A DNA stretch of 64,000 bases from Longimicrobiales bacterium (GCA_965215925.1 CBDCEQ010000003.1:288368-352367), one strand, 5' to 3'. Shown: positions 27,653-37,507, counted from the stretch's first letter. Translations and numbers: made by a program. Notes: generated from the letters alone by a model not told the origin.

Positions 27653-29755
27653 TCACGGGAGCCTAAGTGCCACGAGTGAGTTTGGTAGGTCCGCGCTATT
27701 CACCTGGACCACGATGTGCTGCTGTCCCGAGTGCAAGTACGTCATGAGTCCGTAGGAACCGGGCGCCGGTAGATCCAACCTGCCCAACCGCTCCCCGGTT
27801 CTTTTGTCGAGCGCATAGAGATACGGTTCACCCGTGTGGAAGAGAAGCGTCCTGGTGACCAGGGTAGGAGCCAGGCTTCCTGCGCCCGTCTCGGGTAGGT
27901 CGACTCCCTGTAGTGCGGGGTGGTTCCGAATACGATCTGGCGTATCCCCGTTTGGCGTCGACCACGCGTACTCGCCAGTGTTCATGTCGACCGCCACGAT
28001 CCTGCTGTAGGGTGGCTTCCAGAGCGGAAGTCCCTGGGGACCCCTGCAGCCCATGTTTCCGGTGCCTGGCGCCCACTCCGTGGTCGTCTCGCCGGTGATG
28101 AACTCCGCAGTCGTATTCGTGCCCGTGAAGACCGGGTCGTCCGGATCATCCAGCACCGACCCGCGCGTGACCTGAGGGCACCGGCAGTTCCGAGCCACGG
28201 AAATGAAGACCAACCCCGTCTCCGGATCGGCTGACGGCTCGGCGCCAGTGTTCGGGCTACCCGACGGACAGTTGATCGTCGCGATCTTTCCCAGCTCGTT
28301 TCCCTCGTGGATATAGGGCGTGTATGGTTCCTTGCCCCAATCGAAGTCCTCCAGAATCTCGAGCGCCTGCTGGCGTAGCTCGGGCGTGTAGTCGATGAGC
28401 TCCTCTTCGGGAAGCCCCAGAAACCCCACCGGCTCTGGCCTCGTCGGGAATGGCTGGACCGGCGAGACCTGCTCCCCGGGTACGCGTGACGGCGGCACCG
28501 GCCGGTACTCGATCGGCCAGACCGGCTCCCCCGTCGCGCGGTTGAATACGAAGGTGATTCCGTGCTTCCCATTCGCGACCAACGCGGGTACGGCCTCGCC
28601 CTCCACAGTTACGTCAATCAAAAGTGGAGGAACGGACGTGTCATAATCCCAAATGTCGTGCCTAACCATCTGAAAGTGCCACACCCGCTCACCTGTCTGA
28701 GCGTCGAGCGCGAGTATGCTGTTTCCGAAAAGACCGTCCCCCGGCCGGAACCCGCCATAAAAGTCTACTGTGGGAGGGTTCGTGCCGAAGTAAACCATAT
28801 CCAGCTCCGGATCCGCCACCATCGGAGCCCATGACGAGACGTCGCCCGTGTACGACCAAGCATCATTCTCCCACGTTTCGTGTCCGAATTCTCCCGGACG
28901 GGGGATGACGTGGAACTTCCAGAGGTGCTCTCCTGTGCCCACGTCGTAGGCCAGAATATCGCCCGGGATATTCTCGATTCGAAGCTGTTCGTTGCCCGAC
29001 TCCGCGGAGTTCCCAACCACCACTACGCCGTTCACAACGATGGGGGGTGAAGAGCTGGTGATGTGTCCGAGCTCCGCCGGCGCGCCCCAATCCGGATCGT
29101 AGCTCCCTCCTCCGGCCACGTAGTCTTCCCACGGCCCCCAGCCCTCGAGGACGTCAGCCAGGAGATCGACCACACCCGTATCGGGGAATCCAGGAATCGG
29201 GACAGCCATCCCCCAATTCTCCAAATGCCGGCCTGTTTTCGCGTCCAAGGCGTGTAGGAAAAAGGCGGGTGTCGACACGAAAATCACGCCCTGGCCTTCA
29301 ACCTCACCGAACGCCACGCCTTTTCCGTGCCCCCTCCGCGTGGATCGCTCCCAGCGGGTCGTGTGCGGCTCTCTATACGTCCAAAGGGTCTCCCCCGTCC
29401 CACCGTCGATCGCCACCACCGTGCGACGGTTGCCCACGACATTATAGATCACCCCGTCGACCGATAGCGGTTTGCCGCGGGGGGTGGTGGGGTCGAAGTT
29501 GTCGCCCCTCCAGATCCACGCGACCTCCAGATCCTCGAAGTTTCCTGCATCGATCTGGTCCAGCGAGGAGTAGCGCTGATGGTAAGCATCCCCGCCCAGA
29601 TAGTGCCACTCGCCTTGAAGCGTCGAACCGCCCGGCTGCTGAGCGCTACCTACGAGCGGCGAGGTGATCAGAACGGTGAGTACGGCGACGAGATGTAGGG
29701 CCGTTCCAGGCCACCAGAATCCCCGAGCGTAGTGATCACCTGTGTTTGGCTGCAT
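27653..29755 (-). CDS. PQQ-dependent dehydrogenase (quinoprotein, 8-bladed propeller), paralog 1
   Basis: ATG at 29755 is preceded by GAGGAG. A signal/TM segment is followed by EWHYLGGDAYHQRYSSLDQI and repeated W-motif propeller blades. It is collinear with the 34597..36561 paralog. Confidence 0.85.
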   Translation of the reverse strand: MQPNTGDHYARGFWWPGTALHLVAVLTVLITSPLVGSAQQPGGSTLQGEWHYLGGDAYHQRYSSLDQIDAGNFEDLEVAWIWRGDNFDPTTPRGKPLSVDGVIYNVVGNRRTVVAIDGGTGETLWTYREPHTTRWERSTRRGHGKGVAFGEVEGQGVIFVSTPAFFLHALDAKTGRHLENWGMAVPIPGFPDTGVVDLLADVLEGWGPWEDYVAGGGSYDPDWGAPAELGHITSSSPPIVVNGVVVVGNSAESGNEQLRIENIPGDILAYDVGTGEHLWKFHVIPRPGEFGHETWENDAWSYTGDVSSWAPMVADPELDMVYFGTNPPTVDFYGGFRPGDGLFGNSILALDAQTGERVWHFQMVRHDIWDYDTSVPPLLIDVTVEGEAVPALVANGKHGITFVFNRATGEPVWPIEYRPVPPSRVPGEQVSPVQPFPTRPEPVGFLGLPEEELIDYTPELRQQALEILEDFDWGKEPYTPYIHEGNELGKIATINCPSGSPNTGAEPSADPETGLVFISVARNCRCPQVTRGSVLDDPDDPVFTGTNTTAEFITGETTTEWAPGTGNMGCRGPQGLPLWKPPYSRIVAVDMNTGEYAWSTPNGDTPDRIRNHPALQGVDLPETGAGSLAPTLVTRTLLFHTGEPYLYALDKRTGERLGRLDLPAPGSYGLMTYLHSGQQHIVVQVNSADLPNSLVALRLP

Positions 29756-29987
29756 CGGAATCTCCTCGAAAAAACAGCGCATCTGTCAGTGGACGCTGGA
29801 CCGTCGGTCGTAAGCCCAACGGGAACCAGCACTGAACCCCATGAAACCGCAGAAGAGAATAAGCGATCACGATGGACTTTCGCATCTAGTCAACCATATT
29901 CGCCGCGATGCGATCGATTCCGGACTCGATTTCTAGCTGCCACCAGAGTACATCCCTACGTTACCGAGAGGGACTCCCAACACCAGG

Positions 29988-30833
29988 ATGACTGTGATAC
30001 CCCACACTGAATTCCGTACCAGGAAGCTCGAGAGATCTCGCTTCGATGCGGTACAATTCAAAGCCACACACAATAGCTACCAGAAGCGAGCACTCCTCGA
30101 CACCCAGCTACGCTTCCAGCGGGAACACCCAGCGCGATTCGGGTGTCGGGGCCTTGAATTCGACTTGCATCAGGGGGCGGGTGGATTCCTCTGGAGCGTG
30201 AAGCACCGCGGGAGCGACGACGACCAGAACTTCAGCGACTATTTGACCTAGTTGTCGCGGTGGTCGAGGGACCGTCCGCGTCACGATGTGATCACGTTGA
30301 CCCTCGATCTCAAGGCGGTAAGAGACAGTCGCGACGTTTGGCCAGATCGATACGACGACTACCTGAGGGCCCAGTTCGACGAGACCTTGCTCGTCCCACC
30401 GGGGGAGGTGATTCAGGGAGACGTCGTGCGTTGGCCACGGATGGTGGATCTGCGAGGAAGATTCGTTTTTTGCCTGTCTGGAAAGGAAGCCTTCAAGTCA
30501 AGCTACTCACGCAAGCCTGAGCGACTCTGTTTCGCCGATCGAGCGCATAACCGGGTATCCCTTGAAAGGGCGGATTTCGCCAATAACTCCCGCATCTTCG
30601 TCAATCTGCAACGGCAGCATTGGCAAAGGACCCGATCTGGATCCCAGCTACCCGATGGGTACGTTTCTTCACTCCTTCCCGGTGGGTACGTCTCTCGGAT
30701 TTACCTGGTAAGACGGAGGTCTCAATGGAAAGAATTCATTAGGTTAGGCGTCAATATCCTCGCCGCTGACAAGATCAGCGCAAAGTGGGGAACCTTCGAA
30801 TCGCCGCATCCTTTTTCCAAAAAAAGAGCATGA
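29988..30833 (+). pseudogene. PI-PLC X-domain-like phosphodiesterase with in-frame TAG
   Basis: FKATHNSYQ...RGLEFDLH (PLC-like catalytic His region), then ...DYLT-TAG(30249-30251)-LSRWSRDRPRHDVITLTLDLK continues in the same frame. Confidence 0.5.
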
Positions 30834-30880
30834 TCCAGGCGGCTTAGGTTCCCCGCTGAAAGGTTGCGGGAACGTCCTCC

Positions 30881-31823
30881 TTAGGGGCTGGTAAGCTCGT
30901 CGTAAACGTCCTGAATCCGGACCGGTGAAAGCGGCCAGTCGAGGTCCGATGTGTCTATCCGGGACGCGATGGCGTCACGGGTCGTCCCGGCCGCGATTTC
31001 GTTTCGGACACGGTCGAGTACGGTCTCGAGCTTCGCTCTGAACGTCCGGATGTCCTCTTTTAGTGAGGATCGGCCCATGCCCAGGGATCACGACGTCGAA
31101 GTCGAGCGCTAGAAGACTGGTCAGCGTGGCGGGCCACTCGGCGGCGCTCCCCCCATTTCCAAAGTCCCAGAAAGGGGCCAGCGTGCTACCGTCCAGCCGT
31201 TCACCGTAGATGAACAGATCGCCGGTGTGGATCGCGCGAAGGTCTGGGAAATAGATGGCCGCGTCACCGTTCGTATGCCCCCGTCCGAAGTGATACGCCC
31301 GCGCCTCAGCGTCGCCTAGAAACACTGCGGTCTCATCCGCGAAGATGACACGCGGAGCGCCTGTCTGGCCGTTACGGACGATGTTGTCCCGCGCGTTCTG
31401 GTGCGCGATGACTTCGGCAGACTGCATGAAATCCACGTTGCTGCCGGCGTGGTCTCCATGGTGGTGCGTGTTGAGGACGTACTTGATCGGCTGATCGGTG
31501 ACGCTCCGGACCTGTTCAGTTATGAAGTCGAAGCTGTAGGGGAACTTATCGTCGACGATGATGACCCCCTCGCCTGTGACACGAACCGCGACGTTTCCAC
31601 CGGACTGACCGCCGTCGAATCCTGGAATCACGTAGAGGCCGTCTATCACCTCGCGGATCTGCAGCCGGGCCTCCTGCTCCGGGGTTAGGTTGGGCGGTTC
31701 CTGCGCTCCGGCCACGGCCATCAGGCTTGCTACTGCGATTGCGCCACCGAGCAAGCCGGCGGTCTTCAGAGCACCCACAGGGCTACCTCCATTCACAGAC
31801 CATCGACGATCCAGTGATCTCAC
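30881..31823 (-). pseudogene. secreted MBL-fold metallo-hydrolase, frameshifted in an A4/T4 run
   Basis: Contains HHHGDHAGSN and VIPGHGPILTK. The frame switches at TTTT 31058-31061 to KEDIRTFRAKLETVLDRV... in ORF 30881..31078. Confidence 0.75.
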
Positions 31824-31869
31824 TCTACTGTATGACTCGTGTTCTCGCTGAAACTCCTAGGAGCCCCAT

Positions 31870-32967
31870 ATGGACCCACGCGATACTGCGGCTCGATTGA
31901 CGCGTCGTGAACTCATGCGACTCCTCGGGGGTGCGGCCGGGCTCGCCTGGGTAGCCGGCTGTAGAGACACCGGTGACGAGACGGCCGGATCGGTCGGGGC
32001 AGGAGAGACGGCACCGGGCGCCCCTCAGGTGGCCGGAGTTCGCCAGGGTGCAGTCATTCGGACGGTTCTGGGTGACATCAGTCCCGATGCCGTTTCCGGC
32101 GTGACCCTATTTCACGAACACCTATCGATTCGGCTATCCGACGAGCCATCGGCAACCGATGACGTCGACAACGTGATCCGCGAGATGCGGCTGGCCGCTG
32201 GTGAAGGTGTCGGTTGCCTCGTCGATGGAGGGCATCCCGACATGCGGCGGGATCTCGACGCGGTCCTGCGGGTCGCGAACGAGACAGACGTGCATATAGT
32301 CGCGTCGGGCGGATATTATATGGAGAGGTTCTATCCGCCTGAGATTGCCACGACTAACGAGGATCGAATCGCCGCGGACCTCGCTGCCGAAGCGACACGG
32401 GATCGGCTGGGGGCGTTCGGCGAGATCGGTCAGGACTCGAACACGGCCGCGATGACCGCTGACGAGCGGAAGGTGTTTCGCGCCGTTGGAAAGGCGCACG
32501 TTGCCACAGGTATCCCGATCTTCACGCATAACGCTTACGGCACCGGTGAGAATGTTCGGCCGGACGCCGGCCTGACACAGCTGGATGTCCTCGAATCCGT
32601 CGGGGTCAGCCCCGAAAACGTCGTGATTGGCCACGCCTGCTGTCTCGACGATCCGTCGGCGAGTGTGTTGGTTGGGATTGCCGAGCGCGGTGCGTTCGTC
32701 GGGTTCGACCGGGTGACAGGCGGTCGGGTTGACGACCCTCAGAAAGTTGAGACGATCATGGCGTTTCTTGACGCTGGGCACGCAGACAAGCTTCTAGTCT
32801 CCTCCGATTTCACGGGTCGACGCTCCGAGGCCCGGCCAGGGTACGGCAATTCAATCACGGTATTTGCGCCGCTCCTGCGTGAGGCGGGTATTGACGAGGA
32901 CGTCCTGGTGGGGATTCAACGTGACAATCCGCGCCGATTCCTCGCGTTCTTACCGGCCGGGGCTTGA
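31870..32967 (+). CDS. phosphotriesterase-family (PTE/Php-like) amidohydrolase with Tat signal and lipobox
   Basis: LTRRELMRLLGGAAGLAWVAGC is a twin-arginine motif plus Cys. GVTLFHEHL is the PTE signature. Confidence 0.8.
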   Translation: MDPRDTAARLTRRELMRLLGGAAGLAWVAGCRDTGDETAGSVGAGETAPGAPQVAGVRQGAVIRTVLGDISPDAVSGVTLFHEHLSIRLSDEPSATDDVDNVIREMRLAAGEGVGCLVDGGHPDMRRDLDAVLRVANETDVHIVASGGYYMERFYPPEIATTNEDRIAADLAAEATRDRLGAFGEIGQDSNTAAMTADERKVFRAVGKAHVATGIPIFTHNAYGTGENVRPDAGLTQLDVLESVGVSPENVVIGHACCLDDPSASVLVGIAERGAFVGFDRVTGGRVDDPQKVETIMAFLDAGHADKLLVSSDFTGRRSEARPGYGNSITVFAPLLREAGIDEDVLVGIQRDNPRRFLAFLPAGA

Positions 32968-32970
32968 CGG

Positions 32971-33459
32971 GTGAGTGCGCTGTCCCGGAAAACGGTTGGC
33001 GTGATCAAAGGCTTCCGTCGAATCGCACTGCTCGCGTGCTTCGCTCTACTTGCCGGGACCCCACCAGTGATGAGGCAGGACGCCTGGATTCTTGCGACGG
33101 AGGCCCGGCCTTTCGTGGGCGAGTGGTCGGTCACCCTCGAAGGCCCGGAGGGGCCGGTCGAACTCCGATTCGATCTCGTCGATGACCGGGGGCAGTTGCT
33201 CGGGATCGTACGGGGGTGGGACGGGAGCATAACGCTGGCGGAGGAGATTACGATGTCCGGCTCAGACCTCTTGCTGAGCTACCGGATGGACTACTGGGGG
33301 CAGGGGTTCAGGGTTGCATTGGCCCTCTCGCCGGAAGTAAGCGGCCTAGCGGTCACGCTGAGAGGCGGCGGAGGCGCGTTCACATTGACGGGGACCGGGG
33401 TTCGGATTCTCTCGGACAGGCCGGCCCGAATGGTGAGGCCAGATGAACCACACAGTTGA
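32971..33459 (+). CDS. secreted hypothetical protein
   Basis: 162-aa ORF with an N-terminal hydrophobic signal-like segment RIALLACFALLAG. Confidence 0.4.
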   Translation: MSALSRKTVGVIKGFRRIALLACFALLAGTPPVMRQDAWILATEARPFVGEWSVTLEGPEGPVELRFDLVDDRGQLLGIVRGWDGSITLAEEITMSGSDLLLSYRMDYWGQGFRVALALSPEVSGLAVTLRGGGGAFTLTGTGVRILSDRPARMVRPDEPHS

Positions 33460-34543
33460 TCGAATAGTGAGACGCGCGTTCGTGGTTGTCGTGCTCATGA
33501 CAGTGATTGTCCGTCCCGGCTTTCTCCAGTCGCAGACCCCACCGGCCGGGGCGCCGATTTTCGAACTCGATCCCTCATGGCCCACCGTGCCCAGCGAATG
33601 GGTCTTGGGGGAGGTGTCCAGTATCGGCGTTGGGGGTGACGGCCGTCTCCTGTTACTGCATCGTCCCCGCAGCGTGCCAGCGGATGAGCGAGCCATGGCT
33701 GCCCCGCCAGTGCTCGAGTTTGACGTTGCGGGGAACTTCCTCCGAGCGTGGGGTGGCGCTGGAGACGGTTTCCAATGGCCCGAGCGAGAGCACGCCATTC
33801 ATGTCGACCATCGAGGGAATATCTGGATCGGTGGCAACAACTGCCCTGAGAGGAACCTGCCCGGTCTGAACCCTGTGTCGGACGACCAGCTCGTGAAATT
33901 CAGCGGCGACGGACAGTTCCTGATGCAGATCGGCCAGAGCAACCAGAGTGGTGGAAATGATGACATAGGGAACGTACGACAGCCCGGGGACCAGGCCGTG
34001 TATCCGCCGACGAACGAGCTCTTCGTGGCGGATGGATACGGAAATCGGCGCGTAATCGTGTTCGACGCCGATACCGGCGAGTTCAAGCGATTGTGGGGCG
34101 CCTTCGGTAACGAACCTGTCGATTCCTATCTGTGTCCACCCCCCAACCTCGACCCTCCGCCGGAAGGCGAGCCTCTCCCCCAGTTCCACATCGTGCACGC
34201 CATCGTCTTATCGAATGATGGGTTCGTATACGCCGCCGATCGCGAATACCGGCGGGTGCAGGTGTTCACGATTGGCGGCGAGTTCGTCGACCAGATATTG
34301 ATGCCAGAAGATGGCAGGGCAGGGGACGTAGCCCTCTCGCCGGATCCTCAACAGCAGTTCATGTATGTTCCAGCCGGCGGACAGATCGTGGTCTTTGATC
34401 GGCGCTCCCTCGAGGTTCTGTATTCCTTTCCAGGATCGGGGCACCACATCGCAACTGATATGGAGGGAAACATCTATACGGCCCAAACGGGCCAGCGGCG
34501 CGCCCAGAAGTATGTGTTTCAAGGGGTATCAGCGGGTCCATGA
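33443..34543 (+). CDS. secreted NHL-repeat / six-bladed beta-propeller protein (peptidyl-alpha-hydroxyglycine lyase-like)
   Basis: 366 aa with an N-terminal hydrophobic segment. Repeated ..G.I.V.D..N.RV..F motifs (VADGYGNRRVIVFD, AADREYRRVQVF). Confidence 0.6.
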   Translation: MNHTVDRIVRRAFVVVVLMTVIVRPGFLQSQTPPAGAPIFELDPSWPTVPSEWVLGEVSSIGVGGDGRLLLLHRPRSVPADERAMAAPPVLEFDVAGNFLRAWGGAGDGFQWPEREHAIHVDHRGNIWIGGNNCPERNLPGLNPVSDDQLVKFSGDGQFLMQIGQSNQSGGNDDIGNVRQPGDQAVYPPTNELFVADGYGNRRVIVFDADTGEFKRLWGAFGNEPVDSYLCPPPNLDPPPEGEPLPQFHIVHAIVLSNDGFVYAADREYRRVQVFTIGGEFVDQILMPEDGRAGDVALSPDPQQQFMYVPAGGQIVVFDRRSLEVLYSFPGSGHHIATDMEGNIYTAQTGQRRAQKYVFQGVSAGP

Positions 34544-34596
34544 GATCGCCCGCCTGCACGGGTGACGCTTTCCGGAGACTTTCCTTGAGATCTTCA

Positions 34597-36561
34597 ATGT
34601 TTCGAGACTCGGATCTGGCTAAACTCACGCTTGCGCTGGGGATCCTGTTGACCTGCGGGGCATCGCCTGGGTCCGCGCAGTCTGGGGCGGAGGGGGGGGA
34701 GTGGCGGACGTTCGGTGGCGACTTGGGCAGCACCAGGTATGCCCCCCTCGACCAGATCGACGGCGACAACTTCAACGATCTTGAGGTTGCGTGGCGCTTC
34801 AATACGGCGAACCTCGGGCCCTACCCAGACTCGAACCTCCAGTCCACTCCGCTGATGATCGACGGAGTGCTGTATACGACTGCAGGCAGCCGCCGCAATG
34901 TTGTGGCACTCGATGCTGCGACGGGCGAGATGCTCTGGATGTATCGGATCGAGGAAGGCGAGCGAGGCGCGAACTCCATCCGGCGTATGGCCGGCCGGGG
35001 TGTCGCGTATTGGACCGACGGCCAGGGCGACGATAGGGTTTTTTTCGTGACCATTGGCTATCAGCTGGTCGGGCTCGATGCGAAGACGGGACGACCGATT
35101 CCCGGCTTCGGCAACGAGGGCGTGGTTGATCTCAAGCAACAAAACGACCAAGAGATCGATCTGCTCTCCGGTGAGATCGGCTGGAATAGCGCCCCCATAG
35201 TGGCTCGAGACGTCGTGCTCGTGGGCGCCGCTCACAGGGGCGGCTCGAGTCCGCCGAGCCGCGAAAACGTCAAGGGCTACATCCGAGGCTTCGATGTTCG
35301 GACTGGTGCACGGAAGTGGATCTTCCACACGATTCCCCAATTCGGCGAATTCGGGAACGACACGTGGCTGGAGGAGTCCGCCTCCTACACAGGTAATGCG
35401 GGAGTCTGGACAACCTTCACGGTGGACGAGGAACTCGGCATCGCCTATCTACCGATCGAGATTCCGACTGGGGACTATTACGGGGGGCATCGGCCGGGCG
35501 ACAACCTTTTCGGAGAGAGCCTCGTCGCCTTGGACCTCGAGACTGGCCGACGCCTCTGGCACTTCCAATTTGTCCACCACCCCATCTGGGACTATGACGT
35601 CCCGTCTCCGCCAATCCTGGCGGACATCAGTGTAGATGGGCGAGAGATCAAGGCCGTGGCTCAGCCAACCAAACAGGGCTGGGTCTACGTGTTCGACCGG
35701 GTCACCGGCGAGCCAGTTTGGCCGATCGAGGAGCGACCGGTCCCGGCGGGCAACGTCCCAGGCGAAACATATGCGCCCACTCAGCCGTTTCCGACGAAGC
35801 CCCCTCCGTTCGAGCGGCAGGGTTTCTTGCTCGACGAGGTCATCGACTTTACTCCCGAGCTGAAGGCGGAGGCGCTGGAACTGCTAACACGGTACCAGAC
35901 AGGGCCCATCTTCACACCACCGATCGTCCAGGAGGAGGACGGCCTCCTGGGAACGCTGTTCGTGCCGAACGGGGCGAACTGGCCCGGCGGATCGTACGAC
36001 CCCGAAACGGGGATCATGTACCTCTACTCGCACACACTCCTGAGGGCGATCGGGCTGGTAAACGACCTAGATAGCTCCGATATGGACTACGTACGAGGAC
36101 CCTCTGGGCCGCTCACGGTACAGGGTCTGCCCTTGGTGAAACCCCCGTGGGGCCGCATTACCGCGATCGATCTGAACGCCGGCGAGATCGTCTGGCAGAT
36201 CGCGCATGGAGAAACACCGGACAACGTGCGTGATCACCCGGCACTCCAAGGATTGGACATTCCTCGGACCGGTCGTACAGGCGCCGCCGGGGGTAGCTCG
36301 GGTGGGATCGGTACGCTTGTCACCCGCACTCTGGTCATTAGTGGGGAGGGCGGCGTTTTTACGACGCCGTCGGGCGAGCGCGGGGCGATGTTGAGGGCCT
36401 ACGACAAGCGGACCGGCCAGGAACGGGGCGCGGTCTATCTTCCCGCTGCCCAGACTGGATCACCGCTCACATACATGCTCAACGGCAAGCAATATGTTGT
36501 CTTGGCCGTAGGTGGAGGCGGAGATCAGGGCGAGCTGATCGCGTTCGGGCTTCCAGAATGA
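34597..36561 (+). CDS. PQQ-dependent dehydrogenase, paralog 2
   Basis: MFRDSDLAKLTLALGILLTCGASPGSAQS signal, then EWRTFGGDLGSTRYAPLDQI and propeller repeats. Its stop overlaps the next ORF's start (ATGA at 36558-36561). Confidence 0.85.
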   Translation: MFRDSDLAKLTLALGILLTCGASPGSAQSGAEGGEWRTFGGDLGSTRYAPLDQIDGDNFNDLEVAWRFNTANLGPYPDSNLQSTPLMIDGVLYTTAGSRRNVVALDAATGEMLWMYRIEEGERGANSIRRMAGRGVAYWTDGQGDDRVFFVTIGYQLVGLDAKTGRPIPGFGNEGVVDLKQQNDQEIDLLSGEIGWNSAPIVARDVVLVGAAHRGGSSPPSRENVKGYIRGFDVRTGARKWIFHTIPQFGEFGNDTWLEESASYTGNAGVWTTFTVDEELGIAYLPIEIPTGDYYGGHRPGDNLFGESLVALDLETGRRLWHFQFVHHPIWDYDVPSPPILADISVDGREIKAVAQPTKQGWVYVFDRVTGEPVWPIEERPVPAGNVPGETYAPTQPFPTKPPPFERQGFLLDEVIDFTPELKAEALELLTRYQTGPIFTPPIVQEEDGLLGTLFVPNGANWPGGSYDPETGIMYLYSHTLLRAIGLVNDLDSSDMDYVRGPSGPLTVQGLPLVKPPWGRITAIDLNAGEIVWQIAHGETPDNVRDHPALQGLDIPRTGRTGAAGGSSGGIGTLVTRTLVISGEGGVFTTPSGERGAMLRAYDKRTGQERGAVYLPAAQTGSPLTYMLNGKQYVVLAVGGGGDQGELIAFGLPE

Positions 36562-36800
36562 CGCGCCGGCCCCGTCCGTGCCGAGCCTGCGGATACCCCC
36601 GGGTGCGAGACGTTGGCCACGACCTGATGGCGCCCCCTCCGCAATGCCTCAACCCTCAGCATCCTACGCGGCCTGCATGCCCGACTTGCGGGAGCGTGAA
36701 CGTCCACAAATTGCTCGGTGGAGGTCTGATGCGCTGCGAGGGAAAGGGCTGTGTGACCGAATTCAATGCCAAGGAAACGCCGACCCGGGTGACGGAGTGA
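36558..36800 (+). CDS. Cys-rich zinc-ribbon-like small protein (hypothetical)
   Basis: 80 aa with CRAC (7-10), CPTC (41-44) and C..C (59, 65). High third-position GC. The start overlaps the upstream stop (ATGA) and the stop overlaps the downstream GTG (GTGA). Confidence 0.35.
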   Translation: MTRRPRPCRACGYPRVRDVGHDLMAPPPQCLNPQHPTRPACPTCGSVNVHKLLGGGLMRCEGKGCVTEFNAKETPTRVTE

Positions 36801-37195
36801 ACCGTCGTCTCTTCGGTGTCGCGCTCCTCTTCCTTCTCGGCTCGTGCACGGACGAGACTACTGAGCTCGAGACTGAGGGAGACCGCTCGACGCCAGAAAA
36901 CAGGAGCCTGGTTCCTCTCCTGGGAGAGACCGGAGATCGCGCTTTCATCGCTGCGATGCGCTCTGACCTGAGCCAGGTCCGTACCGCGCAGGAGATCTTC
37001 TGCGTGGATAACGACTTCGTCTACGCGAACGATGTCGCAGAACTCTCCGGCGCAGACCTTTTCTCTGGAACACCTGGTGTTCGGATAACGATCAACTACG
37101 CGGATGAGAGGACTTGGGACGCTACCGCCACTCACCCATCTACGCAGGTCAAGTGTGACTTCGACTCCGAGGTGGGAACGGTAGACTGCATCTGA
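36797..37195 (+). CDS. lipoprotein with a type IV pilin-like globular domain (no prepilin leader)
   Basis: GTG at 36797, then NRRLFGVALLFLLGSC (lipobox). The mature part is roughly 60% identical to the head of the pilin at 43563..43922 (GETGDRAFIAAMRSDLSQVRTAQEIF...TWDATATH...C...C). Confidence 0.6.
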   Translation: MNRRLFGVALLFLLGSCTDETTELETEGDRSTPENRSLVPLLGETGDRAFIAAMRSDLSQVRTAQEIFCVDNDFVYANDVAELSGADLFSGTPGVRITINYADERTWDATATHPSTQVKCDFDSEVGTVDCI

Positions 37196-37202
37196 CGGGC
37201 TC

Positions 37203-37454
37203 TTAAGGGTCTGGCGGCTCCGCTGCCGAAGTGTCGTCCTCGACCTCTTCAAAAGGCGCGGACTGGGGTTCGACCTTGGCCGAGGCTACGGTTTCCCCAA
37301 TCCCTCGGGACTTGATCCACTCGGCGAGCACCGGTAGCACCTGCTTTGCGCCGGGAGCCCGTCGGAGCAGCGCCCATCTGGCCAGGCGAGAAAGGGCCCC
37401 TCCGGCAAACAAGAAAACCAAAACGAGAAGCACGAGTTCACCGATCCCGAGCAT
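37203..37454 (-). CDS. small single-pass membrane protein, weakly TatA/E-like
   Basis: MLGIGELVLLVLVFLFAGGALSRLAR resembles the TatA N-terminal TM plus hinge, and the C-tail is acidic. No tatC nearby. Confidence 0.3.
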   Translation of the reverse strand: MLGIGELVLLVLVFLFAGGALSRLARWALLRRAPGAKQVLPVLAEWIKSRGIGETVASAKVEPQSAPFEEVEDDTSAAEPPDP

Positions 37455-37507
37455 TCGAAACCTCTCCCCTATAGTGGGCAGGAGTTGGGGCTTGCTGTCA
37501 GTCAGAC

